From contig CAVTNR010000022.1 in assembly GCA_963736115.1 (NCBI GenBank), positions 1 through 64,000 on the forward strand: DNA of 64,000 bases. The letters are read 5' to 3'. The DNA is from an uncultured bacterium. GTDB taxonomy: Bacteria; Zhuqueibacterota; QNDG01; DTFT01. Each line of letters opens with the position of its first letter. The stretch's first letter is position 1. Of the stretch, positions 30,401-40,402 are shown one piece after another. Under the pieces are notes generated by a model. The model was not told where the DNA came from, ran no database searches, and saw only the letters and a program-made list of their open reading frames with translations. The translations under genes and the position numbers were made by a program.

Positions 30401-31953
30401 AATGCCTCGCCACCGCGGCCCAGATGCGGGCCATGGACCGTTACGCCGTCGAGCAGGCCGGGATACCGGGAACCGCGCTCATGGAGAGTGCCGGGGTTTC
30501 GGTCGCGGCCGAGGCCGCGGACATGCTGGCCGCTTCCGGCGGCCGGCGCATTCTCATCTGCTGCGGAAAGGGAAACAACGGCGGGGACGGCCTGGTTGCG
30601 GCCAGGCGGCTTTCAGAAATGGGATTTGAAGCGCGGCCTGTTCTGTTCGGCGGCCGGGATGATGTCCGCGGCGATGCGCGGACGGCCCTTCAGGCGCTGG
30701 AGAAGAAAGGTCCGGCCGTCCGGTCCGCCGGAACGGGGGATGAATGGCGGGACGGCGGACGATTCGACCTGATCATCGACGCTCTGCTCGGCACGGGAAT
30801 CAGCGGTCCGGCGCAGGGCCCGGTTGCGGAAGCCATTGTCTGGATGAACGGCTCAGGCGTTCCGGTTCTCTCGGTGGACCTGCCGTCAGGCCTGAACGCG
30901 GATACCGGCGCGGCGCCGGGCCCCTGCGTCCGCGCGTCGCGGACGGTCACGTTCGCGGAATGGAAGCGCGGTCTGGTATTTTATCCGGGTCGCGGACTCG
31001 CCGGAGTCGTACGGGTCGCGGATATAGGCATCCCGGAGGCTTCCGTCGAATCCGCGGAAATCAGGACCTGGCTCTACGAGACCGGGGACTGCGGGGACGA
31101 CCTTCCCGTCAGGCCGGAAAACGGCCACAAAGGTACTTTCGGAACGGTTTTTCTGCTGGCCGGTTCCAGGGGCATGACCGGCGCGGCCGTTCTATCGTCA
31201 CTGGCTGCGCTCCGGTCAGGAGCGGGCCTTGTCCGTCTCGGCCTGCCCGGCTCCCTTCTGACCGTCATCGGCTCGGCTGCGCCCGAGGTGATCACTGATC
31301 CCGTTCCGGAGACGCCGGACGGATCGGCCGCGTTGTCCGCGGAGCATTTCCTCGCCGGCCGCATGAAAGGCCCGAAAGCGGCTGTTCTGGGTCCCGGGCT
31401 CGGACGGCATCCTGAGACAGCCGATCTGATCCGCAGGCTTTATGCGGATTGCCCGTGTCCGTTGGTGCTGGACGCAGACGGTCTGAACGCCTTCGAAGGC
31501 CGGTCCGGCAGACTGAGAAGGCGCGCCGGAGAAACGGTCCTGACCCCGCACGCGGGTGAAATGTCCCGTTTGACCGGAGCCCCGGCCGCGGACATCGCCG
31601 CCGATCCCGTCGCGGCAGCGACAGCCGCGGCCGTGGAATGGAACTGCGTCGTGGTGCTGAAGGGCGGTCCGACGGTCACAGCGGATCCTTCAGGAAACGC
31701 ATGGGTGAATTCAACCGGGAATTCGGGAATGGCGACCGCAGGGTCGGGAGATATTCTGGCCGGTCTGATCGGCGGGCTCATCGCGCAGGGCGCTTCCGCC
31801 CCGGCCGCGGCCCGATGCGGCGTCTGGCTGCACGGCAGGGCAGGAGACCTGGCCGCGGCGGAACGACACTCCCGGTCCATGATCGCCGGAGATATTCTTG
31901 AATTCATCGGGAGGGCTTTCCATGCGGCTGAAGCGGTGGATGCTTCCTCATGA
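30397..31953 (+). CDS. nnr: Bifunctional NAD(P)HX epimerase/dehydratase
   Basis: LMESAG, GKGNNGGDG, DALLGTG, HKG.FG, GPGLG, LDADGL, LTPH.GE, ATAGSGD; TTG start overlapping the acpS stop. Confidence 0.93.
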   Translation: MKCLATAAQMRAMDRYAVEQAGIPGTALMESAGVSVAAEAADMLAASGGRRILICCGKGNNGGDGLVAARRLSEMGFEARPVLFGGRDDVRGDARTALQALEKKGPAVRSAGTGDEWRDGGRFDLIIDALLGTGISGPAQGPVAEAIVWMNGSGVPVLSVDLPSGLNADTGAAPGPCVRASRTVTFAEWKRGLVFYPGRGLAGVVRVADIGIPEASVESAEIRTWLYETGDCGDDLPVRPENGHKGTFGTVFLLAGSRGMTGAAVLSSLAALRSGAGLVRLGLPGSLLTVIGSAAPEVITDPVPETPDGSAALSAEHFLAGRMKGPKAAVLGPGLGRHPETADLIRRLYADCPCPLVLDADGLNAFEGRSGRLRRRAGETVLTPHAGEMSRLTGAPAADIAADPVAAATAAAVEWNCVVVLKGGPTVTADPSGNAWVNSTGNSGMATAGSGDILAGLIGGLIAQGASAPAAARCGVWLHGRAGDLAAAERHSRSMIAGDILEFIGRAFHAAEAVDASS

Positions 31954-32333
31954 ATGAATCCCTGAAAGCCCACGGTCCGGCCGCGGCCATGGCGGCGCTC
32001 ATTTTCGCCCTTTCGTCTTTTCCGTCCCTCCATCCGCCTGAAATGCTCGGGTTCAGACCCGGCGACAAGCTTCTGCACGGCCTCGTGTACGCGGTTTTCG
32101 GATTTCTGCTCCTTCGAAGCGCCCGGGCCCTGATGAAGGGCGCTTTCCGGACGGCCGCCGCGGCCGCTGCGGCAGGCATTCTCTACGGTCTGACGGATGA
32201 AGTCCACCAGGTTTTTGTGCCCGGCCGTCAAGCCGACCCGGCTGACTGGGCGGCGGACGCGGCCGGCGCGGTGCTCGGTGTTCTTCTGGCCGTTTGGCTC
32301 CAGCGGCGGAAGGCCGGCGGAAAGGGCGCCTGA
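31950..32333 (+). CDS. VanZ-family membrane protein
   Basis: DKLLH...Y, DEVHQ.FVPGR...D..AD. Confidence 0.88.
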   Translation: MNESLKAHGPAAAMAALIFALSSFPSLHPPEMLGFRPGDKLLHGLVYAVFGFLLLRSARALMKGAFRTAAAAAAAGILYGLTDEVHQVFVPGRQADPADWAADAAGAVLGVLLAVWLQRRKAGGKGA

Positions 32334-32456
32334 GATCGAGCATTTTTCAGTTGACTTTTAGGCTAAAAATGATCAACTTAGCCTTAATCGTCCAGACACA
32401 CACCTGCAGTCATCCGTCTGCAGTCATCCAAATGAAAATCAAGGAGGGTCCATCAT

Positions 32457-32606
32457 ATGGCTGAAAAGGGATACTGTGTCAAATGCCGCAAGGAAAGCGA
32501 AATGGTCGAGGCCCAGCAAGTCACGATGAAGAACGGCCGGCCTGCGGTGAAGGGGAAATGTGAAAAATGCGGAACCGGGATGTATAAAATCCTTTCCAAG
32601 AAGTAG
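32457..32606 (+). CDS. DUF5679-family 49-aa zinc-ribbon protein (absent from ORF track)
   Basis: MAEKGYCVKCRKESEMVEAQQVTMKNGRPAVKGKCEKCGTGMYKILSKK; AAGGAGG RBS; TTGACT -35 box upstream. Confidence 0.88.
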   Translation: MAEKGYCVKCRKESEMVEAQQVTMKNGRPAVKGKCEKCGTGMYKILSKK

Positions 32607-32629
32607 AACTTTTTCAAGGAGGATCATGA

Positions 32630-33865
32630 ATGGTTGCGCTGCGGTTTGATGTCCGGGATCTGTTCCGGGCCCCGAGGGTCGCCTTCAGCTTCCAGCGGCT
32701 GTGGATTCAGTTTCTCGGCCTGCTGGCCGCGATGGCCGGCTACATTGTCCTGACCTATCTCGCGCTGGTTTCCGCAGGCGCGGATTTCGGACTGGCGTGG
32801 TCCCAATTCGGGCTCCTGCCTGTCGCGTCCGGGCAGCCTCTGCCCTGGGTTTCCAGGATTCTGGCCTGCCTCGCCATTCTCTGGCTGGCCGTGGTTCTGT
32901 TCTGGACGGCCGTGGCCGTCTGCCGGGCCGTCTATATGCACCTCAAAGGCAACCATTTCTACACCTGGAAGGAAGCCGTCCGCTTCAGCCTGAAGAAGAA
33001 AGCCGGCGCCTCGGTCGCCACACCGGTGGCCATCGCCCTGATCATCCTGTTCACGGTGATCGGTGGCGTGGTGGTCGGTCTGTTCGGCCGTATTCCGTGG
33101 GGCGTGGGGGACGTCCTGGGTGTGGGTATTTCCCTGCTGTCCCCCATCTGGTTCGCCGCTTCGCTGTTCCTCGTTTTTCTCGGCCTGGCCCTCGCCGTGT
33201 CCCTTCTGCTCACGCCCTCCGTTCTGGCCACAACCGATGATGACGCCTTCGAGGGCATTTTTCAGAGTTTTTCAACCCTGGCGGCCCAGCCCTGGCGGAT
33301 CGCTCTCTACGGCCTCCTGCTGGCCGCGCTTTCCCTGATCGGGTTCGGCGTCCTGGCCTGGTTCGTGAAACAGGCCTGGATCGTCATGACGCGGGTGCTC
33401 TCGGCCGGCATGGGAGAAAAATACGCGGACATCTCGTATGCCGCGTCCTACCTGTTCCAGAACTGGATCTACCCGGCCGTTGAGTGGACGCGCCATATTC
33501 CCGCGTCCGTCTCCAGCGCCTGCTTCTTCTCATCTGATTTCGTCGGGGTCGACCTCCCCGCGGTCCAGACCGTGTCCGCTGTCGTGACAGCGGTTTTTCT
33601 CGCCGCGTTCGCGCTTGCGGTGGCGGCCTACCCGCTCGCCATACTCAACAGTGGCCTCTGCATCCTGTTCCTGGTCCTGAAAAAGAAGAAGGATGACGAA
33701 AACCTGCTCGAACGGAAGGACAAGGAAGAGGAGACCGGCGAGGAGGAAAACGAAGAAGCCGCTGAACCCGAGGCCGAACCGAAGAAGGCCGCGTCCAGAA
33801 AAGCGGCGCGCAAACCGGCGCGTTCCCGCGCCAAATCATCCGGACGGACCGCCAGAAAAAAATAA
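32630..33865 (+). CDS. Multi-pass membrane protein with acidic then K/A/R-rich C-terminal tail
   Basis: AAGGAGG RBS, several TM segments, low-complexity tail. Confidence 0.75.
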   Translation: MVALRFDVRDLFRAPRVAFSFQRLWIQFLGLLAAMAGYIVLTYLALVSAGADFGLAWSQFGLLPVASGQPLPWVSRILACLAILWLAVVLFWTAVAVCRAVYMHLKGNHFYTWKEAVRFSLKKKAGASVATPVAIALIILFTVIGGVVVGLFGRIPWGVGDVLGVGISLLSPIWFAASLFLVFLGLALAVSLLLTPSVLATTDDDAFEGIFQSFSTLAAQPWRIALYGLLLAALSLIGFGVLAWFVKQAWIVMTRVLSAGMGEKYADISYAASYLFQNWIYPAVEWTRHIPASVSSACFFSSDFVGVDLPAVQTVSAVVTAVFLAAFALAVAAYPLAILNSGLCILFLVLKKKKDDENLLERKDKEEETGEEENEEAAEPEAEPKKAASRKAARKPARSRAKSSGRTARKK

Positions 33866-33884
33866 CGTGGAACCGTTTTCGATA

Positions 33885-34529
33885 ATGAAAAAGCGTCGGG
33901 TCTTTTCCGCCTGGCGCTTTTTTGTTCCCCCGCGCGCCGCATCCGCCGTTTCCGTCCCGCTCCTCGCGGCCGCGCTGACGGTCGCCGGATGCCGGAATCC
34001 CTTCTCACTGCGCACGCCTGAAGATCCGGAGCGGACCCGTTCGACCTGGATTCAGCCCCTCTATCCGGAGGCCGTGCTGGAGAATCTCCGGAGCGCCGTG
34101 CTGGAGCGGAACGCGGATCATTTTCTGAAATGTCTCGCGGATCCCGCCTATTCGACCCGGATCTACCGTTTCGAACCCGATCCCGAAACGGCCGCCGTTC
34201 ATCCGGAGGTATTCCGGTCCTGGAGCCGCGAGCGGGAGGAGTCGGTGATGCGCCAGTCTTTCTCTCTGGTGCCCGACGATTCCGTCTGCTCATTGACGTG
34301 GCGGGAGACGGTGCGGTCCTTCATCGCGGCCGATTCGGCCGTGTTCGTCTACCGCTACCGGCTGGATCTGCCGCACCGCAGCAGCGCGCCCGGACGCCGT
34401 CATGAAGGGCTGGCCGAGTTCCGGCTCGCGGAAGACGGCCGGGGAGAGTGGTCGGTTTTCCTGTGGATCGACCATGCGGAGTCCGCGGTTCCCCCTTGGA
34501 GCATGTTGAAGGCTTTTTTCGGAGGTTGA
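33885..34529 (+). CDS. Putative lipoprotein
   Basis: Lipobox TVAGC followed by NPF.LR.PE.P. Confidence 0.65.
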   Translation: MKKRRVFSAWRFFVPPRAASAVSVPLLAAALTVAGCRNPFSLRTPEDPERTRSTWIQPLYPEAVLENLRSAVLERNADHFLKCLADPAYSTRIYRFEPDPETAAVHPEVFRSWSREREESVMRQSFSLVPDDSVCSLTWRETVRSFIAADSAVFVYRYRLDLPHRSSAPGRRHEGLAEFRLAEDGRGEWSVFLWIDHAESAVPPWSMLKAFFGG

Positions 34530-34533
34530 GGCG

Positions 34534-35691
34534 ATGGGTGCGACCCGCGTCTGGAAGCTGAGAATCAGACAATTCGTCCAGAGTTTCTGGTTTCCGCTCC
34601 TTCTGGTTCTGATTCTACTGGCGGCCGCCGTGGCGGTGCAGCGGCATTTTCAGAAAAAGGAGACGGCCGACGCCCTGCGTTCGTCACGAACCGGGATGGC
34701 CCAGCCGCCTCCCGGCCGCGGCGGGCCGAGAGACGGAATGGCGGACAGCCTAAAGAAGGCCGTCGAGGCGGTTCTGACCGCGGAGAATCTGGTCCGTAAA
34801 ACCGGCCCGTCGGACCGTCGGCCCCCGAAATGGACGGTGGAAGTGCCCGCCCGGATCCCCGTGCCGTCCGTGCATCAGCGCCTGCAGGAAGCCCTGCTCG
34901 CGTCCGGCGGGCAGGTGCTCTCCGCCATCAGCGATCCATCCACGGGGAACGTCGAACTGAGGGCCGGCGTGCCCGATTCCTGCCTGCTGGTGATCTCCCT
35001 GATCCGGGCGAAAGCCGCGCCGGCCGAATCGGGCCGCATCGCCGTGGTCATCGACGATTTCGGCGACCGGCGCGATTCGATGGTGGACGCCTTCCTGTCG
35101 ATCGGGACGCCCCTGACCGTTTCGGTGCTGGCCGGCCGGCGTCACAGCGCGGCCGTTTCGCGCGAAGCCGCGGAACGCGGCCACGAGGTCCTGCTCCATC
35201 TGATGATGGAGCCGCTGAGCGGAACCTACAAGGACGACGGATCGATCGTGCTGAAGGGCATGACGCCGTCCCGTATCCGGGAAGTGGTCGAGCGGTCGCT
35301 GGCGGACGTGCCGGGCGCGGTCGGCGTCAACAACCACATGGGGTCCAAGGCCACCCAGGACCGCGCCACGATGGCGCCGGTCCTGCAGGCGCTTCTGGAA
35401 CGCGGCCTTTTCTTCATGGACAGCTACACCATCGCCTCGAGCGTGGCCTATCCGCTCGCGGACGAAATGGGCGTGCGGTCCGCCCGGCGCGACGTTTTTC
35501 TCGATGTCGCGGACGGGGAAGCGGAAATACGAAAGGCCCTGTGGGCACTCGCCCGGCGGGCCGGAAAGAACGGCAGCGCGATCGGCATCGGCCACTGTCA
35601 CCGGGCCATGCTGGAGGCGCTCCGGGCGGAGATCCCGAACATCGAAGCCAGAGGATACCGGTTCGTTTTCCTGTCCGAACTGGTCCAATAA
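34534..35691 (+). CDS. Divergent polysaccharide deacetylase family (YibQ-like)
   Basis: AVVIDDFG, LHLMMEP, GVNNHMGS, DSYT, RDVFLD, IGIGH. Confidence 0.9.
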   Translation: MGATRVWKLRIRQFVQSFWFPLLLVLILLAAAVAVQRHFQKKETADALRSSRTGMAQPPPGRGGPRDGMADSLKKAVEAVLTAENLVRKTGPSDRRPPKWTVEVPARIPVPSVHQRLQEALLASGGQVLSAISDPSTGNVELRAGVPDSCLLVISLIRAKAAPAESGRIAVVIDDFGDRRDSMVDAFLSIGTPLTVSVLAGRRHSAAVSREAAERGHEVLLHLMMEPLSGTYKDDGSIVLKGMTPSRIREVVERSLADVPGAVGVNNHMGSKATQDRATMAPVLQALLERGLFFMDSYTIASSVAYPLADEMGVRSARRDVFLDVADGEAEIRKALWALARRAGKNGSAIGIGHCHRAMLEALRAEIPNIEARGYRFVFLSELVQ

Positions 35692-35706
35692 CCGGAGGAC
35701 TGCATC

Positions 35707-36420
35707 ATGGCAAAACTCGGCGTATGCATTGAACCCATTGCGCTGCTGCGGGACAGGGGGCGGATCGCCGACGCGGATCCCGTTCTGGCCTCGGTCTGGG
35801 CCGACCTGGGCGGCGCGGACCTGATCGTCTGCCCGCTCCGGGAGAGCCTGCACCCCCTGACCGACAGGGACGTGAAACTCATCAGAACGATGGTCAAACT
35901 GCCCGTGGAACTCCAGTTCTATCCGTCCGACACACTGGTCGGATTCGCGCCGACCGTTTCGCCCGAATGGATCACACTCGTGCCGGTGCGGCCGTCGGAC
36001 AATCCGGAAACGCCGCGTCCGGAGGGATCCGGACTGGTGGAGGACGTGGGCAAGGCCGTGCGGGAGCTGAAGTCGTCCGACCGGCGCGTGGGCCTGCGCA
36101 TCGAGCCGGAGATCGGCCAGGTGAAGGCCGCGGCTTCCATGGGGGTTGATTACGTGAAGTTCCGGATGGGCCGGCTGTCCGAGGCGCGGAGTCTGTCCGA
36201 GCGCGCGGAGGCGCTTGAATCCGCGGCTTCGCTGATTCTTGCGGCCGGCAAAATGGGATTGTCCGTCGCGCTGGAAGGCGATGTGGATTACCACAACGCG
36301 GCGGAATACTCCGGCCTGGGCAGGATCCATCATATCGCCGTGGGCGGCGCTATCGCCGGCCGCGCCCTGGCCGTGGGCATGGAACAGGCGGTGCGGGATA
36401 TGGCGGGGCTGGTTCACTGA
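35707..36420 (+). CDS. pdxJ: PdxJ-like protein with degenerate active site
   Basis: Colinear with PdxJ (KLGV, DPV, GAD, LRE, TDRDV, TLVP, YHN, AI.GRAL.VGM..AV) but catalytic His/Glu/Asn residues are substituted. Confidence 0.7.
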   Translation: MAKLGVCIEPIALLRDRGRIADADPVLASVWADLGGADLIVCPLRESLHPLTDRDVKLIRTMVKLPVELQFYPSDTLVGFAPTVSPEWITLVPVRPSDNPETPRPEGSGLVEDVGKAVRELKSSDRRVGLRIEPEIGQVKAAASMGVDYVKFRMGRLSEARSLSERAEALESAASLILAAGKMGLSVALEGDVDYHNAAEYSGLGRIHHIAVGGAIAGRALAVGMEQAVRDMAGLVH

Positions 36421-36424
36421 AAAC

Positions 36425-36563
36425 AAGTTCATGGTTGATAGTTCATAGTTCATTGTTAAAAAATGTTCGTGGTTTACAGTTCATCATTCATTGTGAATAA
36501 ATAGATTCATGAGCGACAGATTTTTTTCTGAACTATGAACTATGAACCATGAACTATGAACTG
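36425..36563. repeat. Heptamer inverted-repeat element
   Basis: GTTCATGGTTGATAGTTCATAGTTCAT ... TGAACTATGAACTATGAACCATGAACTATGAAC. Confidence 0.85.
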
Positions 36564-36586
36564 AAAATGTATCCGGAGTACGAAAA

Positions 36587-38284
36587 CTGAAATCACTAAA
36601 AAACATTCCCGTCTGGCTGTCCTTGATCGGTCTGTGTTTTGCCTGCGCCAAGCAGGGCTTTCCGCCCGGCGGGCCGGAGGACAAAACGCCTCCCGCTGTG
36701 ACGGGGACGGCCCCCGGACAGGGCATGGTGAGCGTACCCCTGAGCGCAGCGGTTGAAATCCGCTTCAGCGAGCCGGTGAAACCGGGGCCGTCCGGAGAAG
36801 CGGTCTTCATCTCTCCCTTCGAGGGGCCGAACACAGTCGTGAAATGGAAGGGGAGTCGCCTCCGGATCCAATTCCGAAAACCGCTCAAGCCGAACTGCAC
36901 CTATGTGGTGACGTTGGGATCCTCGATCCGCGATTACCGTAACAATAAGATGGACTCCTCGTTCACGCTGGCATTCTCTACGGGCCCGGCGTTGGATCTC
37001 GGTGAAATCGCGGGCCGCGTGTACGCATCCGGGGATGCGGGCACGGATGTGTGGGCATACCGGCTGGACGGGATCGCGGACGGCGGCGCGGATCCGGATC
37101 CCGCGGTCCGGACTCCCGATTACATTGTCCAGGCTGCCGCGGACGGCGCCTTCCGCTTCAGGCATGTGGCGCCGGTCCGATACCGGCTGTTCGCGGTCCG
37201 CGACCGGGCGGGGGACCGGCTGTACCAGCCCGGAGAGGACGAGATCGGCGTACCGAGCCGGGACGTGGAGCCGGACCCCGGCGGCGCGCTCCGTGCGGAC
37301 AGCTGTTTTTTCCGGCCGACCAGGCGGGAGCAGGGCGTTCCCGCGCTTCAGGCGGTCACGGCAACGGACCGGAACCATCTGTCCGTCCGGTTCGACCGCT
37401 GGCTGACGTCCGCCGCCCCGATTCCGGAAAACGGCGTGATCATCGCCGCGGCCGCGGACTCCTCGGACCGTCTTGCGGTGCGGACCGCTTATTTGAACCG
37501 GGAGAATCCCCGCGAGCTTTTTGTCGTGACCGCGGACCAGGAGGAGAAGAAACCATACTGGTTTTTCCTGAGAACCGACTGGACCGCGATTCACCCGGAT
37601 ACGGCCTGGTGGAAGGCGTCGTTCACCGGCTCCGGACGCCCCGATACCACGCGGCCGAAAATCCTGAAATCATCGCCGGCATTCCGGGAACGCGCATTCA
37701 ACCCCCTGGCCCCGGTGCGACTGACCTTCGACGAGGCCATGGACACGGTCCGGTTTTTATCCGGATTTTCACTTTCGGACACATCCGGCCGTCCGGTTGA
37801 CGGCCTTATCCGGTGGGCCGATCCGGCGGAAGCGCACTTTACGCCTGCGGCCGCCTTCACCGGTCCGGCGGACTACGAGCTGAGATTGACGGGCGCGGGA
37901 GCCGCGGACGTCTGCGGCAACGCGCTCGCGGACACGCTCCTCCCTTTCCGCACATCGACCGCGGACACGTTTTCCGAGATCGCGGGAACGGTCCGCCTGT
38001 CCCGCCGGGGCCCGTCCGGGATTTTTATTGTCACCGCGGTTCAGGCCTCCGCGCCGGATGTCCGGTACACCGTCCGTGCGTCGGACAACGGCGGCTACCG
38101 GATACGCGAATGCCTGCCCGGACCGTACCTGCTGGATAGCTTTCTCGACCGCGACGGCAACGGCGCCTGGTCGGCCGGCGCGCCCTTTCCCTTCGAACCT
38201 TCGGAGCGTTTCGTCGTATACCGGGATACGGTGCAGGTGCGATCGCGCTGGCCGAATGAAGGCAATGACCTGACACTTCCGTAA
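36587..38284 (+). CDS. Lipoprotein with Ig-like (Big_5) domains
   Basis: CA...PPGGPEDKTPP, IRFSEPV, FTLAFSTG, FDEAMD; likely CTG start after GGAG gives a complete signal peptide. Confidence 0.8.
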   Translation: MKSLKNIPVWLSLIGLCFACAKQGFPPGGPEDKTPPAVTGTAPGQGMVSVPLSAAVEIRFSEPVKPGPSGEAVFISPFEGPNTVVKWKGSRLRIQFRKPLKPNCTYVVTLGSSIRDYRNNKMDSSFTLAFSTGPALDLGEIAGRVYASGDAGTDVWAYRLDGIADGGADPDPAVRTPDYIVQAAADGAFRFRHVAPVRYRLFAVRDRAGDRLYQPGEDEIGVPSRDVEPDPGGALRADSCFFRPTRREQGVPALQAVTATDRNHLSVRFDRWLTSAAPIPENGVIIAAAADSSDRLAVRTAYLNRENPRELFVVTADQEEKKPYWFFLRTDWTAIHPDTAWWKASFTGSGRPDTTRPKILKSSPAFRERAFNPLAPVRLTFDEAMDTVRFLSGFSLSDTSGRPVDGLIRWADPAEAHFTPAAAFTGPADYELRLTGAGAADVCGNALADTLLPFRTSTADTFSEIAGTVRLSRRGPSGIFIVTAVQASAPDVRYTVRASDNGGYRIRECLPGPYLLDSFLDRDGNGAWSAGAPFPFEPSERFVVYRDTVQVRSRWPNEGNDLTLP

Positions 38285-38293
38285 GGAGAAGGA

Positions 38294-40390
38294 ATGACGG
38301 GGAAAGCGGCCGGAGGGAAACGTTTGTTCCGGAACTGGAGAACCGGATTCGCCGCCGGTATCGGCATTCTGGTTCTTGCGGCCCTGCTCCGTTTTCTGCC
38401 GGTCCACATCCCCTTTCTGGCCGAACAGGCCCGAGAGTGGGTGGTTGCCGCGGGACTGGTTTTTCTGCTTCTCAGGATACGGAAGCGGAATCCGTTCGGC
38501 GGTTGGAGCCTGGACCGGAAGATCCGCCTTTTCGGCCTGGGGCTTCTCGGGCTGGGGGCAACGGGCCGCTTGTTCTCCTCGCTGGAAAGCTGGACTTCGG
38601 GCGGATCCGCGGTTTTCCGGATTCTGGGTGCGTCTCTTTTACAGACCGGTTCAGCGATTCTGGTCACGGCCCTCGCCATCAGCCTGTTCGGGCTGTTCCG
38701 GGACCTGGTTTTCGTTCAGCAGGGCCGGCAGACGCAAAAGCTGTTCGCCGCATTCGAAGGGTCCGTGGTGCTCCGCCTGCTGTTCGCGCTGGTTCCTTCG
38801 ACGGACCGTGCCCTGTTTCCGGCTTCGTCTCAATGGACCGATAGCCCGAATCCGCCGCTGATTCTGACCGCCGGCCTGGCCGTGCTTCTCGGATTCCGCT
38901 GCAAATGGATTCCGTTTCTCAACAGGCGTTCGAAGACCGCGCTTTTTTTCCTGGGGCTTCCGGTGGCTGTTCTGTTCATGAGCCAGAGGGAATCCCTGAC
39001 CGAGGCCGTGTTCCCGTTCAGCGCGGCGGCGGTGACCGTGATTTCGTCGCTTCTGACCGCCTTCGGGGTTTACCTGGTCATTTCTCTCGTCAGCCTGCTC
39101 ATCCATCTGCCGACAGCCGGCCTGCTGGACCGGCGGATGCGCGAAGTGCGGTCCTTTCAGGAATTGAGCGCCGCGCTGGGCGCGGATCTCAAGAAAGACG
39201 CCCTGATTGAAAAAATTCCCGTGCTTGCCTGCCGGATGGTGGAGGCGGATACGGTCTGTCTCGAAATTGATGAGGGGGCAGGCTTCAGGCCGGCTTCGAT
39301 TCACAGGAACCGACCGGATTCGCCGGGCATGCCGCCCGAAACTCTGGCCGCCGGGATCCGGAAGCAGGTTCTCGAACGGGCGCGTCCGGTTCTGATGAAC
39401 GACGCGTCCCGGGGTATCCGGGGAAGAAAGGCCGCCGGGCCGTCACCCGGCTCCCTGCTCGCGGCGCCCGTGGCGTTTCAGTCCAGGGTGATCGGCGTCC
39501 TGTACGCGCTTAAGTCCGACTCCTTCGGCTTCGTCGAGGAAAGCCAGGGCCTGTTTCAGGCTTTCGCGCATCAGGCCGCGATTTCACTTCAGAACGCCGG
39601 ACTCGTCGAGCAGTCCATCACGCGGGAGAAGGCCGAGGAGGAACTCCGACTCGCGCATGAAGCGCAGATGCGTCTTCTGCCCCAGTCGATGCCGGCGGTG
39701 CGGGGTTTCGAACTGGATGGCGTCTGCGTCACCGCCAACGAGATCGGGGGCGATTTCTACGATGTCATCGCGGCCGGCCGCGACCGGATCGACATCGTCG
39801 TGGGAGATGTGTCCGGCAAGGGCGCGGCCGCGGCGTTCATCATGGCTGAAACCAAGGGCGCCATCCGGGCCCTGGCCGGCCGGTACCGCTCGCCGAAAGA
39901 CATCCTGTGCGAGCTGAACGGTTTTTTCAGGGATCAGAACGAGCCGGGCCTCTTTCTGACCATGGTGTACGCCATACTGACGCCTTCCCGGCGCCGGATC
40001 CGGATCGCCCGTGCGGGTCACTGCCCCGTCGGCCTGATCCGGAAGGGAGGGGTGAAGTGGCTGGAGCCGCGGGGACTGGGCCTGGGTCTGGCGGACGATC
40101 GGATTTTCCGCCCGGGCCTCCGCGAAAAGGAAATTGCGTTGACGCCGGGTGACCGGCTGTTCTTCTACACGGACGGCCTGGTTGAAGCGCGGAATGCCGC
40201 GGAAGAGGAATTCGGCGAAGACCGGCTGACGGGACTGCTGGCAGCGGCCCCGCCCTCCGATCCGGCGGCGGCGCTGGTCCGCTCGGTCATCGACCGGCTG
40301 GAAAAATTCACCCGCGGCGTCGCCCGGCATGACGACGTCACGGTTCTGGCTTTGCGGTGCGGCGTTCCGCGCCGGGGTTCAAAGGGTTAA
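38294..40390 (+). CDS. Membrane-bound GAF + PP2C (SpoIIE/RsbU-like) phosphatase
   Basis: N-terminal TM segments, GAF, IGGDFYD, GDVSGKG, YTDG..EARN, DDVT. Confidence 0.9.
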   Translation: MTGKAAGGKRLFRNWRTGFAAGIGILVLAALLRFLPVHIPFLAEQAREWVVAAGLVFLLLRIRKRNPFGGWSLDRKIRLFGLGLLGLGATGRLFSSLESWTSGGSAVFRILGASLLQTGSAILVTALAISLFGLFRDLVFVQQGRQTQKLFAAFEGSVVLRLLFALVPSTDRALFPASSQWTDSPNPPLILTAGLAVLLGFRCKWIPFLNRRSKTALFFLGLPVAVLFMSQRESLTEAVFPFSAAAVTVISSLLTAFGVYLVISLVSLLIHLPTAGLLDRRMREVRSFQELSAALGADLKKDALIEKIPVLACRMVEADTVCLEIDEGAGFRPASIHRNRPDSPGMPPETLAAGIRKQVLERARPVLMNDASRGIRGRKAAGPSPGSLLAAPVAFQSRVIGVLYALKSDSFGFVEESQGLFQAFAHQAAISLQNAGLVEQSITREKAEEELRLAHEAQMRLLPQSMPAVRGFELDGVCVTANEIGGDFYDVIAAGRDRIDIVVGDVSGKGAAAAFIMAETKGAIRALAGRYRSPKDILCELNGFFRDQNEPGLFLTMVYAILTPSRRRIRIARAGHCPVGLIRKGGVKWLEPRGLGLGLADDRIFRPGLREKEIALTPGDRLFFYTDGLVEARNAAEEEFGEDRLTGLLAAAPPSDPAAALVRSVIDRLEKFTRGVARHDDVTVLALRCGVPRRGSKG

Positions 40391-40402
40391 GGAGAGGAGC
40401 AC

